Source: Yuukianura sp. NJ FZ-2021
Lineage: Eukaryota
Direction: 5' to 3'
DNA: 64,000 nt
NCBI GenBank assembly: GCA_046563655.1
Contig: CM102286.1
Span: 11,842,001-11,906,000, forward strand
This document shows, in pieces, positions 23,052-35,155 of this stretch. Within the stretch, counting starts at the first letter, position 1, and the number at the start of each line of letters is the position of its first letter. The translations under genes were made by a program, and so were the position numbers. The notes beneath the pieces are model-generated. The model saw only the letters and a program-made list of their open reading frames with translations. It made no database searches and was not told the DNA's origin.

Positions 23052-26000
23052 CTATTGTGAAAATCGCTTAGTAGATGTGAATTGGCTTGCTGCTTGAATT
23101 GCAGACGAAGATCGTCGTCTAGCTGCTACGTCTCGTCTAAAGAAAACGATCAACCGAATTAAAAATTTAAAGCGATTTCCACCATTAATTTTTTCTTACT
23201 TTCGCTGCTCTAGTTGCTGCGCCCGGGTTCTGTAAACTCGTTTTCTCGTTAAATATCCACGTACGGTAGCCTTTAAATTCAAATTAAAAATTAATAGAAA
23301 TTAATTAATTTGTAAACAATTTTTTGAGCCAATTTAAACAAAACTTTTAATTTTCACCTGAATTTTCACGGCAGCGTTAGATTGCGTTTTCAAATTTTTC
23401 CGGATTCTGTATCCTCTGAAGTTGGACTGAATTTTTGTAGCTGCTACTCAAATTTGTAAAAAGCAGAGAAGATATCCAAGCTTTAGCTGTTTTAGCAAAA
23501 GCAACTTTGGCGACAAGCTAAACAAAAAGCAAATTTTTACCAGTATTCAGACTTTTCCGGACTTGGTAACCACGAAATCCCGCTTGGATTTTGGATGCAG
23601 CATTGTTTAGTAATGCCGCGTCGGATTCAATTTCTGCGTCCAACTCATCCAGTTTATGCATGTCGTGCCTAAAAGTACGATCAATAAATGAAAATCAGTT
23701 TTGTTATTTCTCGATTAACATGGAACTGGTTGAGAATAGTAGGAATTACGTTGTGGAAGGTTCGGGAAGGTATAAGCTAGTGTCGACAACGACACCAGAA
23801 CGGTACTTTTCGGATCCAGGACGGGTATTTCGTTTGGACGATCGGCGTTGTACCGGTACATCTTCAGTCGGCACGGATACCGGTTTTATGTCAGGCGTAA
23901 CAGCGCTCTCCGTGGCCACTTTGACCTCGGGCGGTTTAATAGAAGGTTCAATGGCAGGAGCGTCATCTGAAGACACTTTCACTTCCGGTTCGGTCTTAAC
24001 TTCCTTGGCTTCAGATACGTCAGTTGTTGCGGCTAACAGTTCAAAATTTCGTTACAAATCTCCCGGGTAAAAGTTTAAATCGATTCAAAAACGACATGGA
24101 GGCAGAGGCGTGCAGAAAGCTTAGAGAAAGACTTTACCTGTAGTGGATACCGCTACAACTTCATCGTCCCTGGAAAAATCTACCGACTTGCTCTGTGATT
24201 TGTTCATTTCCACTGCTGTTATTGGTTCAGGTGAGGTGGCGACGCTTCCAGCGTCTTCTTCTTGTACACTGGCAAGCGACGAAATTGGATTAACTTCATC
24301 TTCGTAATCTTCCGACAACGAAACAATTGGCTCGGTATCAGCTTCAACTTCGGAATTTCCGAGTTCCTTCTGTATAAATTCGTCTTGGAGTTGAACGTCC
24401 GGCGCAGAAGCCACTACGTCACCTTGTTCAATGTTCGTTTCAGTTTCAAGTATGGAATATGGCTTCTCTGGCTCACTGGCAATCGTACCTGTTTCGTTTG
24501 CTGTCTCTGGCGTACTGAGCTGTTGTTCTGGTTCGATACTGCTCGATCCCAGTACTGATGCTAGAGCTTGTGCGGCGGCATCTTTTAGCGGACTTTCCGT
24601 TCCCGATGTAGTTGCTGCGTTTTCGTTTTCCAAAATTTCCAGTGATGCTGGCTTTGACTGGGTTTCAAAAATTGCTTTCTCCGCTTGTAGTGTAGGTGGC
24701 TCGATTTCAGTTTCGATTTCGGTTTTGATTTCTAATGCTTGCGTTGCGCTACTTTGCTCAACATTTATCTTTTCAGGTTCAATTTCTGAATTAGAAAGTT
24801 GATCTTCGGTTGTCGAATTCGCGCTTCCGGTTTCTGCCGAATCAATTTGCAAGCTCGGCGTTGCTAATTCTGAAACTTCGAGCTTCACAACTTCTTTTTG
24901 AATTTCACTCTCCGACGTTTTATTTTCAATTTCTTCGGGTTCGGCATTTTCTGGAACGGGAACAGACTTTGTTTCAGAATTTTCTGAAACCGATGGCGTC
25001 TCTGTTTTATTTTCTGGTTCAAAGGTTGCCACAGGAAGCGCAAGCACTTCAGTTACAATAGGCTCTGCATCGCTAGATTCTGGTACTAATGGACTCTTTT
25101 CAATTGCAGCCTCTTCTGGAGAAATTACCGCCGTATCTGATGCTGTAGGAGTTTCATTGATTTCGGGTTCCACTTCCAATTGTTTTTCAAGTTGTTCAAT
25201 CAAACTTTCTGAAATCGAAGGTTGATCTGTGGAGACAGCATTAAATTCATCAACTTCGTACGGCTTTGGAACATTCTCAACTTTGGATTCGTGGACGGCA
25301 TGACCAGATTCTGAAGTTTGAATTTTGGAGGGCATTGACTGTTGATCTTCTTCTACATGCTGTTGCATGGCTTCCACAATTTCTGGTAGAATGATAACTG
25401 TGTCATCAGTATCCTCTGAAATTGTTCTGGAACCGGAACCGTCTTGAATAGGAACAGCTTCAACTGTAACTTCAGCAGGAACGTTTGACTCGTTTGACTC
25501 ATGCACTTCAGCTAACACTACTTCGCCAACCTCAGTACTGTCTGGAATCCGCGTTTCAAGGTCAACTTTCTCCGCAGCAGCAATAACTTCTTGTACAATG
25601 GCTTGAGCTGCATCGGCTTCTGTGCCTTCCACAATGTCAATGCTCTGGGATTGACCTAGGTCACAGCTCTGCTTCATTTTTTTCCGCGTCAGAAATCCTC
25701 TAATTCCGGCTTGAATTTTTGTGGCAGCTTCCTCTTCTTCTTTAATTGTATCCAATGGCGGTGATTTCAATTTTGTCGGAGTCTTTTCCATTGATTTCTG
25801 ATGGACTGAAATGAAAAGTTTGTGCAAGAAAGCGATTTTGGCACAGTTATATATGTAAAAAATTGTGTATGTTATATAACATACACAATTTTTCAGGTAG
25901 GTTGCATAATTTTAGCATTCCAAATAACTGACAATGATGATTCCTTGAAAAACTATTTTTCATAATTTTCATATTTTTTTTTCAACTTACGAAGTTTCAC

Positions 26001-27206
26001 TTCTTTTCTGGCCTTGTAACCCCGAAATCCAGCCTGAATTTTGGTCGCAGCCTCCCCCTCTTCCGTGGACGTAATTGATTGTTTCGCAGCATATTTTCCA
26101 GAACCACCCTCTTTTGATTTTTCTAGTCCCAAAAAAATTTGAAAAATTAGTGTTCTAAAAAAATTTGTTTTCTAAAAATCTGTTTTCTAAAAATACTTCT
26201 CAAAATATGATCCATATAGAAGCCAAATTTTCACGTACGTTTCAAATCTGTAGCCACATGTGGCCAAAAAGTTCCGTGCCGAAATAAGCTAATTAAACAG
26301 CCCATGTTTTTAGAAAAACCAAAATTCAACAATTAAGGGCGTATCACATACAAAAGAAAACTCGACACTCAAAAACTGGAAATAATTTAAACGGAAGCGA
26401 TGTTCCAGAATCGAGGAATTTTGCACGAACCAAGGATGTGTTCAATTAGCTCCTAAAACCACAACTACCACAAGTGCAAAAAGCAATGAAAATGGTCTCC
26501 AATATTCATATTTTATAGCATTACTAACAAAGAAAAAACTAAAAACTTGATGTTTGAGGTGTAAAATGCCTAACTTGCACTTTTCTGAAAGTGAAACATA
26601 GGCTCAAAGGTGTATAAGGTTTATGAAATCTAGTGCTTTACGTCAGGGAAAACACATTTTTAGGAACAACGTTGTTGAAAGCAGTGCAGCTACTAGGTGG
26701 CTATAAATAAATTTTTGGAAGTCTATGTAAACCGAAACAGAAGGAAAATCTTTGCTCTAGTTTTGTTTTCGTTCAAAGATAAAAGCAAACTGGTAAATAA
26801 TCTGTCAAGGGTGTTGTTTGCTTCTGTTTTTCATTTGGATTCTTCTGGACAAATATGAGAGACCTTGACTTTTGACTTCTAACTTCTCTAACTCAGGTTT
26901 TTAGTAACTTCAAAAGTAGCGTCTTAATCTTGATTTGAATTAATGACTTTAACTTCACAAATCTTTCAACATACCGTCTTCTTCGTCGAGACTTTCGGCA
27001 ACTTTCTCCTCTTTTTCAATCTGACGCTGCTCCTGTTGTGCATTTTGAGTTTGATCCCGAATATTCAATTCCTGTTCTAAAAATATTGCTGAAAATTCGT
27101 ACAAGTTTTTTGGTTGATTTCGAATAATTTCCTTAGATAGTTTGTGCAGAAGAGACGGCAAGCCTTTGGGAATTTCAAATTTAAGTGTAGTCATCGATGA
27201 AATCAT
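23052..27206 (-). CDS. Sp17/SPA17-like RIIa (D/D) domain protein with five IQ motifs and a long acidic low-complexity spacer
   Basis: N-terminal FEIPKGLPSLLHKLSKEIIRNQPKNLYEFSAIFLEQ (RIIa-like). IQ motifs AATKIQAGFRGYKARK, AATKIQAGIRGFLTRK, AASKIQAGFRGYQVRK, AATKIQSNFRGYRIRK, AAVKIQATVRGYLTRK. Exons 27206-26975, 26122-25991, 25805-24138, 24032-23750, 23668-23541, ~23444-23358, 23270-23200, 23136-23052, phases consistent. Confidence 0.8.
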
Positions 27207-27888
27207 GGTTTTACTAAAGCTAGATTTTCCTTCAAAAGTGAAATGGAAGTTACTAAACTTTGAAGTAAGGTCAACTTGAAAACAAAAATTAAAAGGTTTG
27301 ACCTGTTTACCTACAGATTCTCCACACTTTCAATTTGTTGTGCTTTTTGGTTGCTTTAGTCCTGGATATGGCTGTGGCAAATGAACTGCAACTCGGACTC
27401 TGCACATGATCATGAAACAGAAAAGAATTCAATTGGTTTACATTTATAAAAAACGGAAAATATTTGCTCAGAACACACTACAAAAATGAACCAGATTTTG
27501 TATTCCATGAGTTAGTTTGTGTATTCTCAAAATTTTTTAAAATCAACCAATTATTTCAACTTTGAATTTTTTGAAGTTTTTTGAATTTCTCGGAATTGAT
27601 GGGAAAGAATTTTTTTTTTACTTTTTTGAAGAACTTTTTTAGAGTTAATAAAACTTCAAGTGCTTCGGTTTTTAAATTTCACATGAACGCCCCAATGAAA
27701 CCCACCAAAACGTGATGCCACCATTCGTGGCAACATTTTGATGTAAGCCCTGGCCGGCAGGAGCTTTGGAGGAAAAATTCCACAGTTGAATTATGAAAAA
27801 TTCAACAACTTTTATTAGAGGTTAGTTGAGAATTACCTAAGACAATTGAACGGGTCTTGGGCGGAGTCCCAGCAACGTTTGCGCGCAT

Positions 27889-28135
27889 GGGTCTCCCTAA
27901 AAGGCGGATCGCGGATTAGGCGGATTCAGCGGATTACCGCGCACTATACAAGGAAAAGGCGGATTACCGCGCACTATACGAGGAAAACGCGGATTACCGC
28001 GCACTATACGAGGAAAATAACCATGCTCGTCGAAAAATATAGATTAGGTTAGGTAACCTAACCTAACCTAGCCTATATAGTGCGCGGTAATCCGCTGAAT
28101 CCGCCTAATCCGCGATCCGCCTTTTAGGGAGACCC
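27889..28135. mobile_element. 247-bp MULE-type MITE
   Basis: ~60-bp perfect TIRs (GGGTCTCCCTAAAAGGCGGATCGCGGATT...), 9-bp TSD TGCGCGCAT at 27880-27888 and 28136-28144, three 30-bp internal tandem units, central TTAGGTTAGGT-AACCTAACCTAA. Confidence 0.92.
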
Positions 28136-29073
28136 TGCGCGCATAAATTGCTTTCAAGGAAATAAAATCTGTACTTAAAGTGAAATGTGTGAATTCCAAG
28201 GAATAGTGTCACCACATGAGAGGCAACGAGACTCATCTGGGTGGGGGAAAAGTCCCGTTTTAAATGAATAGAATTATGTAAATTATGTAAATATGCGCAT
28301 GCGAATATTGTGAATGAAAAAGTGTATCCTATAATTAACGCTTTGGATTTTGAGTACATAATACATAACTGTAACTGTGATCAAATACAAAACAATAACT
28401 TTTACTTTAGCGGAAGAAATCAGACTGACTTCAATTACTCATCACTTTCAGTTTCATTGGATATTTAGTTGGGAAGGCGTTTTAATTACTAGCCCCATAA
28501 AATCCTCCAAAGCTACAAATCACGACCTGGGTGAAATACTAAATTAGCATAGTATCAACTCTATTGGTCATGAATTAACCTTCGCAGTTGGATTTGCAAC
28601 CGCAACCACAACCTCAAGTGATCTTTCAACTTAGAGTGGGTACTAAGGTAAAAGTACTACGTCCTATCATTTGGCAAAGTTCATGTTTGTTTAGTTAGCA
28701 GATTATAGTTTCATTTCTTATAATACAGATCTGTATTCCAGGATTTCCTCTTCTGGGATTGAGATGGAAGACGCCCTCTAATCTCCTAACCAGCTGTTGA
28801 CTCCCTAAGCATTTGGATGAATCATCGCCCTTGCAATTTTAAGTTGAGCGTTCAACCGCCTTCTGTCTTCCATTTATGTGCAGTCGGAGTAGGATTTTAA
28901 GAATTACTTTTTAGCCACACTCTAATTTGAGGTTCGTTCACAATTTCTATCCGGTTCTACTGTATAATTCGAATTATGCATGAAACTTATATTCATTTTC
29001 CCGTTTTTCCTTAGGTTTTTGTTGCGGAATTTTATCGTTTAGGATTATCACAAAACTTTACGCAAAATAGAAA

Positions 29074-30679
29074 ATGTCGATTCAAATACCAAAAGTCTAT
29101 ATTCTGTTGAGCATAATCCTGCTGTTGGTTGCCGAAATTCTCACAACTTCAAGAGAGGTACCTAATTTAAAAGACAAAACACTATTTTCAGACATGCCCC
29201 TTCGAATTGAATAGATTTCTAAAATATTTGAAGTTATTACGGTTTGTAATTCTTGGAATACGTTTTGTTTTAAGCTTAAGGTCAATATCAATCCTGGATG
29301 TAGTCTTGGCGGGATCAACTGTACGACTTGGACGAATACATCTCTGATTCATATCCGAGCTGATGGTTCAAACGATTCTATTCACTTCATCTGGAGCTTT
29401 CTAGGGTCACCATCCCTCCTAATGGCGAGAACGCTCTTGGAAAGCAATCTCATTGTGAACTGGACACAATTCGCAAATCGGGAGTTGAATTCTATAACAT
29501 TTGATGGTGCACAGCCTATTTACACGTTTGGTTATGCTCTTAGCAAGGTTACATTCAATTGGCAATTCGTTTCTGAGTCGCAAGTTCTCATTTCGTGTTT
29601 TCTGTATTGCAGGTTTGGATATACAACGACACAAATGACAATGTGAGGATGGACAAAGTTAACCAAAGTGAAGTAACAGCTTATGATGCCGAGTACTTTG
29701 CTTGGGAGCGGCAAGATTACTTATCCGTTCTGAATTCATCGGATGTCGAATTGAAGTTCATATCAAAACAGTATTCCGGCCACAGCCTTGGGCCAACCGG
29801 TTTCTTCAGTTTTAGCGTATGAACCGATATTTTCGTGATTTCTATGAGCGAAAGCTATTTTAAGTGTTCGTAACTTCGCGTTTTTAACTGTTTGTAGATT
29901 CGAGCAAAGGAAATCGACGGCTACAGTGAAATTTTGCCTTACATGTTGCATAACAGTAACATGAGTCAGATCGATATTGATTTTAGTGCTGTGGAGTTAG
30001 CTTACCCGCAAGCGAATCCAAAAAACGCACGAGTTGCCTTCGAGTTCATCTTGATCCAAGGGGACGAAGAGCCCACGAAGGGGAACAATAGCAAGCTGCA
30101 TTTTGAACGCGTTGAAACTTTAGATGACGAGCACACTCCAGGCGTCTTCAGTACGATTAACATTCGAAGTCCAGTGGTTGGAGAGTACGACCAAAGCTTC
30201 CTGCAATGGAAACCAATCTGCTATACCCAAATCGTTCGAGATATCAGCAATTCCATTGATGTCACTGCCTATGACCTCCAGGACTACGCAATTGACTTCC
30301 AAACCCCCATTCTCAACGGATCTGTTATCTGGGCCTATTACGGTGCTAAACTTCATTCCCTGAGTGTACAATCTTTCAACGTGTCTTTCGGAACTAAAAA
30401 AGATGGATTCTACAATTCAACACCACACATATCATGGTAACATTGACTTTCAAAACACTTAACTTTTTCAGATTCTTCGAAAATCAAAATTCAAATTCAA
30501 TTTACAGGACGCACATGGCCGGCTTCGGCAATCCCCCGGAGGATTACGTCTCGTTTTTGGTTATTCTTGTTGTATCAATTGGATTTGGAATTCCAGCTGC
30601 GATCATCGCAGTATCTAGTATTTTTATTCTCTATAAGCGCATGTCTCGTCCTCGAGATGAAGTTCTCCTGAGCCACTAA
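29074..30679 (+). CDS. GLMP: Glycosylated lysosomal membrane protein (NCU-G1 family)
   Basis: Signal peptide; INPGC...LIHIRADGSNDSIHFIWSFLGSPSLL; TLDDEHTPGVF; SFLQWKPICY; FNVSFGTKKDGFY; single C-terminal TM helix and short tail. Exons 29074-29157, 29275-29547, 29613-29816, 29898-30436, 30508-30679. Confidence 0.88.
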
Positions 30680-31246
30680 TTTGTAGGTTTTTAGTGTCAT
30701 GTCACACAATTGTTACGGTCGTGGTTCCTAAGCGATCATTCTAAATTTTATGTTTTAGTCCGTTCTCGAATAATACAGCAATAAAAATCGCACTATTTTA
30801 GTCGGAAAATGTAAAGTTCGTTTTAAAGGGACATTTCATTAGTAAATTCTGGCCAACATAAAATAAATGCTTACTGTTCATTGTCCGGCTATAGATACCA
30901 TAAGAAAGACTGAAAATTTTGCTTAACTGAGGAAGCTCGTCAACCGACACCAATTAAGTGGCAACTCAACTAAAAACTAATTAATAAACTTAACCTAATT
31001 TAAGAACTAAGTAATAATTCATAGGCTTAATTAAAGTAAACTTAAATTAAAACTTAAGAATATCAATAAAAATTCAAGTTTGAAGATGAGTGCTTTTATA
31101 CATGATAAGATTTTGAGTTTTGAAGGATTTGAATTACGATTTGATTAGAGTAGTTACGTTAAATTCCAGTTTGGAACGAAGTATCACAGACAATTTGGAC
31201 TTTTTCGTACGTTATGATTCGTGTAAAGCTTGTTGTTACGAAGAGT

Positions 31247-32186
31247 TCAGCAGCGACCCTTGGCCCCGGCTCCGCGGTTCTTGATCCGCTTCCACTCAGC
31301 GCAGTACTTTTTGCGGTAGCGATCCTTGGTGCCGTCGTCCAGTCCCTTCCAACACTCGCTGGCCTTCTTGACCGTCCCAACAATTGGAGGCCGCTTTCCT
31401 TTCTTTCCCGCCTCCTTCTGATCTCTCTAAAAAACCAAAATTAAACTTTTAAAAACAGTTTTAAAAAGTCAACTTTAGTTAAAAACTTAATTTCAACATA
31501 CCTTGAGCAAGTCCAAGTAGTAAGAGACGAAGACTCCAGGAGGGCGTTTCCGGTTTTCCGGTCCAACGGCAGGCTTAAAGCTTTTCCGAGGTTTCTTCAC
31601 AGGAGATGGACATCCCTTACCAGTGGGTTTGTTTGGCCTACATAAAAGAAGTAATCAATTAAATGTATTAAAAATTGTACTAAAGTTATTTAATGCCTTA
31701 CTTCTTGTCGACAATGACTCGTGGTCCTCCCCGCGGAGGGCTACGTGGAGTAGACCCGCTGCGGCCTCGTCGCCCTCGTCCACGAGTCGAGCTCCGTCCC
31801 TTCTTTGTGTTGCCACGGCGACGTTTTGCTGTGGTTGTGTTGGTGCAGCGACGTTTGGAGCCTCCCGACTTCTTGGTGACCGAGCGACGACGTTTGGTAC
31901 CTCTTGCCTTTTGAGTTACCGCGCGGCGACGACGTTTCGGTCCCTTTGTTTGGGAGGTGCAAGATCCGGAGCCACGTCGTTCCGTCTTTCCGGAAGGTTT
32001 GGCAGTTCGACGAGACGTGGTCTCTTCTTGACCTGATCGAGGGCTTTCGCAGTCCATTGCTTCGTCTGGGACGGACGGATCTCCTGACTCGGTGGTTGGT
32101 CCACAGTTGTCTCCTGCAAAACGAAAGAAGTGGTGAGACTGTAGCGACAAAGGTGACAGAACAAGTCACTAACCAGGTTCAGCCAT
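31247..32186 (-). CDS. 246-aa basic protein: Arg/Lys-rich protamine-like region plus C-terminal divergent HMG box with cysteines
   Basis: Exons 32186-32174, 32113-31702, 31637-31502, 31426-31247 (741 nt, all GT-AG, frame intact). Repeated KRRR tracts, then RKRPPGVFVSYYLDLLK...IVGTVKKASECWKGLDDGTKDRYRKKYCAEWKRIK, matching the HMG-box pattern KRPxxxF...W..L....K..Y. Confidence 0.8.
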
Positions 32187-32272
32187 TGTTCTACTTTCGG
32201 TGATATCAGTCTGTGGAGGTCAAAAAGGAAGAAAGAAGAGAGACGTCCTCACCGTCCAAAAGTTAAAATGAT

Positions 32273-32308
32273 ACTGAGGGAAATTCTGCCGCTGCAGGCC
32301 CTTTTATA
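32273..32308 (-). promoter_or_regulatory. TATA box + arthropod initiator for the HMG/protamine-like gene
   Basis: Minus-strand TATAAAA at 32308-32302 and TCAGT Inr at 32277-32273, about 30 nt apart. Confidence 0.6.
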
Positions 32309-32617
32309 CCTTCCTATCTGCAGAGTGGGAGGGAAGTGGGTGCGAAAATTCCATGCCTGTTTACAAACACTCGGCTAAGCTCCTCCCCCGTTGTCAGCGC
32401 AACTCACTACCTACTTCAGGAGGTCAATGACCTCTAATTGTTTTTTTTTTATAACAAAAGCTAATCCTACTTACTAAATTACATAATTAATTACTAATCA
32501 ATTTTAGAAAGAAAATTATCCATTTCAAACTCAGATTTGCAAGAACAGTGGATAAAGGTTCTTAATATCTTGGATTTACTATCGACTATCGATATGCAGC
32601 TAATTCCATGAGAATGA

Positions 32618-32790
32618 GTGTAAGGATTAGTACAGGATAAAACTTCCAATTCCATTCTATGTGGCTTCTCTAGAAGTGACACAGGGGCCAATCACTTTCT
32701 ATCTAGATAATAATCAATTGTTGTCTGAATTTCAGCAGAACTGTAGAGGTCAACTGAAATTGGCACGAAGAGGTCAAAGTCCTCCCATCC
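32618..32790 (-). pseudogene. Orphan last-exon fragment of DAP3/mRpS29 with an in-frame TGA at a conserved Trp
   Basis: After acceptor ...ctttcag| it reads GWEDFDLFVPISVDLYSSAEIQTTIDYYLDRK*LAPVSLLEKPHRMELEVLSCTNPY, resembling the DAP3 C-terminus (GFDALDPFIPILVSNY...CIQYYLENNWL...ELLFLSNANP). TGA at 32694-32692; no upstream DAP3 exons. Confidence 0.7.
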
Positions 32791-32942
32791 CTGAAAGCGA
32801 AAAAGACAAAAACAGTGATTTTAGTATTAAGGTAAGATAAGTCTTTAGAACTTACAGTTTTTAGCGTTCTACATAGTACTAGAAATTATCGTAATTACAT
32901 GTATGTGCTGTGTCGCCGCCGAATCCTCAGATTCCTTGCATA

Positions 32943-35155
32943 TTACACTCTTGGAGTTTTGGCAATTGGTTCTCTGTAAATTATAATTAGAATATCAATA
33001 TGTTCAAAATTAATATGCAAATCAGGAATCACTCAAAACATCAACTTACTCTGAGGCTCCATCTCCCTTTCGTTTGCTCATAATTTGTTGAATTTGATTC
33101 CACTGACGATCCAACTGCGCCTTTTCATTCTTTTCTGTCTTGTTTGCTTTCGTTCGTGTCTTCCTTCCATCGTTCATCTTGACACCGAACTGAAACGCTG
33201 CTTTTGGCAAAGCCTCTTTGTTGCTCATGTACTCACTGTATTCCTCCACTGTATCAAAATCCCAGCGTCCGACATTTCCTTTCTTCTTCCCAGGATCCAT
33301 TTTTGAAAAGTCCGTCTGATCAAAATCATCATCTGAATCGTCAATAGCATCATGCATTTCATCAAATCCAGGATAGCATTCTGCGTAGCCCTCTGGTTGA
33401 GCGTTCATTTTCGACATTAACTTCTGGGCTTTGGTTTGCGACTTCTCTTGCTTTTTCAAAATAGACCCGAACGTTTGATCCGTCAATTTGGGATCCTCGG
33501 AGCCCCAGGCTTCACGATCTCGAACTATCTTCGGCATCTCGATTACAACGCCTTTATCTTCATCGTCTGCCGGTTTCTCAAAGTATTTCGATCTACCTCC
33601 AGAAGTTTCCTTCGACAATCTTGTGGTACAAAGAAAAAGTTAAGTAAACAAAACGGTAATGTAAATAAGCACTAAATAAGACCGAATATTAAATGCGTAT
33701 CAAATAGTGGTAATAACAAACTTGGAAGCAGTTGAAGCAGAAGACGTTTTGGATTTTGAAGGAACGTAGTCACCAATATCTCCATAGATGCTGTCTTCCT
33801 GCACTTTCGTGGACGCCGAATGAGAATCCTATAATAAATTAGCGAAAACATATTTATAAACTGGAGGTTACAAATTTGAACAAAATTGACAAAAAGATTG
33901 GTAAAACGTAAAGATATTTTGATTCTGGAAACTCAACTTAAATCAACGTATTTAGTAGCGTACATACCTGCACGGCGTCTTCAGTCTTCTCCCCCTTACG
34001 AGTTGATTTCTTCTGCTTCTTCGACGACTTGGATCCGGATCGAAGATAGGAAAGAATCTGAGCTAATTTGTTGATGACAATATCGTTGGTTGTTAGGGTT
34101 GCCTGTCCCTGTGGAAAGCAATTCAAATCACAATGACTTTATCAGCTTGACAGATACCGAATGTTACGAATCATAACGTGTGGTAACTCTATCTTTACCT
34201 GAGCATTCGGAACATCCGCTTTGCTTCTAATCAAGGTGTGTGGAACATCACTTTCGGCATATTCATCCTCCAAATCCATTACATACGCCATGCGTCCGAC
34301 AGCAAACAATTCGTTTCGTTCGGGCGGCGTATTGTTAAAAAGCGCACGATGAATATTTTTAGCTAGTTTGGTACGAAAACCCTCCTGCTCAGGAGCATGA
34401 GTGGGTTTGGATTTTGCAACCTCCTTCTTTGTCTTGGGATCCTCTTCAACAGCCTCAGTTTCTACCGCATCTTCCAAAGTTTCATCCTTCGTATCCAGTT
34501 CACTTTTAACTTTCTGAAGCAACGCATAATCCAAACCCTTCACCAAATGAGTATGCTCCATGTCACCGCCAAGAAATTTGGATTCCTGTATCATTTGCTT
34601 TCGTCTTTCTGCGGCATTCACGTTCCTATAATCATTAATGTGTTACATTGTCAGTACACTAATCTGAGTTTAGTAAAGCTAATTCCTTGTTACCCTCGAA
34701 AGTCGGGTGCAACAGCTCTGTAAGCGCCTTGCGCAGTAATTAAATCCTCTGATTTATTTTCAGGTGCACCTCCGTCGCGCCTCTCCTTGGCTCTGTCTCG
34801 ATACTTCCTAGCAAGTTCTGCCATTTGTTCATCTTCCTCTCGCTTGATCTTTGAATAAAATTGCTTCTTCTTTTTCCGTTTATCATGCTTTTCTTTGTCG
34901 TCTTCATGATGATGCCTACGAATAGTAGAACCTCCGCTATCGGGTGGGGCTGGAGTTGCAAATTCGCCACTTGTTGAATTGTGATGACTACTGGATGCGC
35001 CAGATCTGTCATGACGTGGAGTCATAAACAATTTTCGGAAGTCATCGTTCGTCAATTTCCTATATGAAATACAAAAAAAAAAAGTTCACCAAATTGTCTA
35101 GTAAATCCTATTTATAAGTTAACATATCTCACCTTTCACTCTCCGTATAACTCAT
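32943..35155 (-). CDS. IK: Protein RED (IK; fly Beag), spliceosomal
   Basis: LTNDDFRKLFMTPR, YRDRAKERRDG, IQESKFLGGDMEHTHLVKGLDYALLQKV, GYAECYPG, KEALPKAAFQFGVKMNDGRKTR. Exons 35155-35133, 35059-34694, 34625-34199, 34108-33968, 33828-33722, 33619-33050, 32973-32943 (ends ...GASEEPIAKTPRV*). Confidence 0.95.

Noticed and set aside
27846..28052. ORF with RITAHYTRK repeats
   Set aside because: Translation of the 30-bp tandem units inside the MULE-MITE.
31159..31383. ORF-track 74-aa ORF as the last exon of the basic protein
   Set aside because: Wrong frame; splice phase places the exon in the HMG-box frame ending at 31247.
32692..32694. TGA as selenocysteine or programmed readthrough in the DAP3-like exon
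   Set aside because: It aligns to a Trp, no SECIS was recognised, and upstream exons are missing; a nonsense mutation is simpler.
33046..33049. IK stop codon as given by the ORF track (...GASE*)
   Set aside because: The TAA lies within a strong donor GA|gtaagt; splicing to 32973 gives a more RED-like ending.
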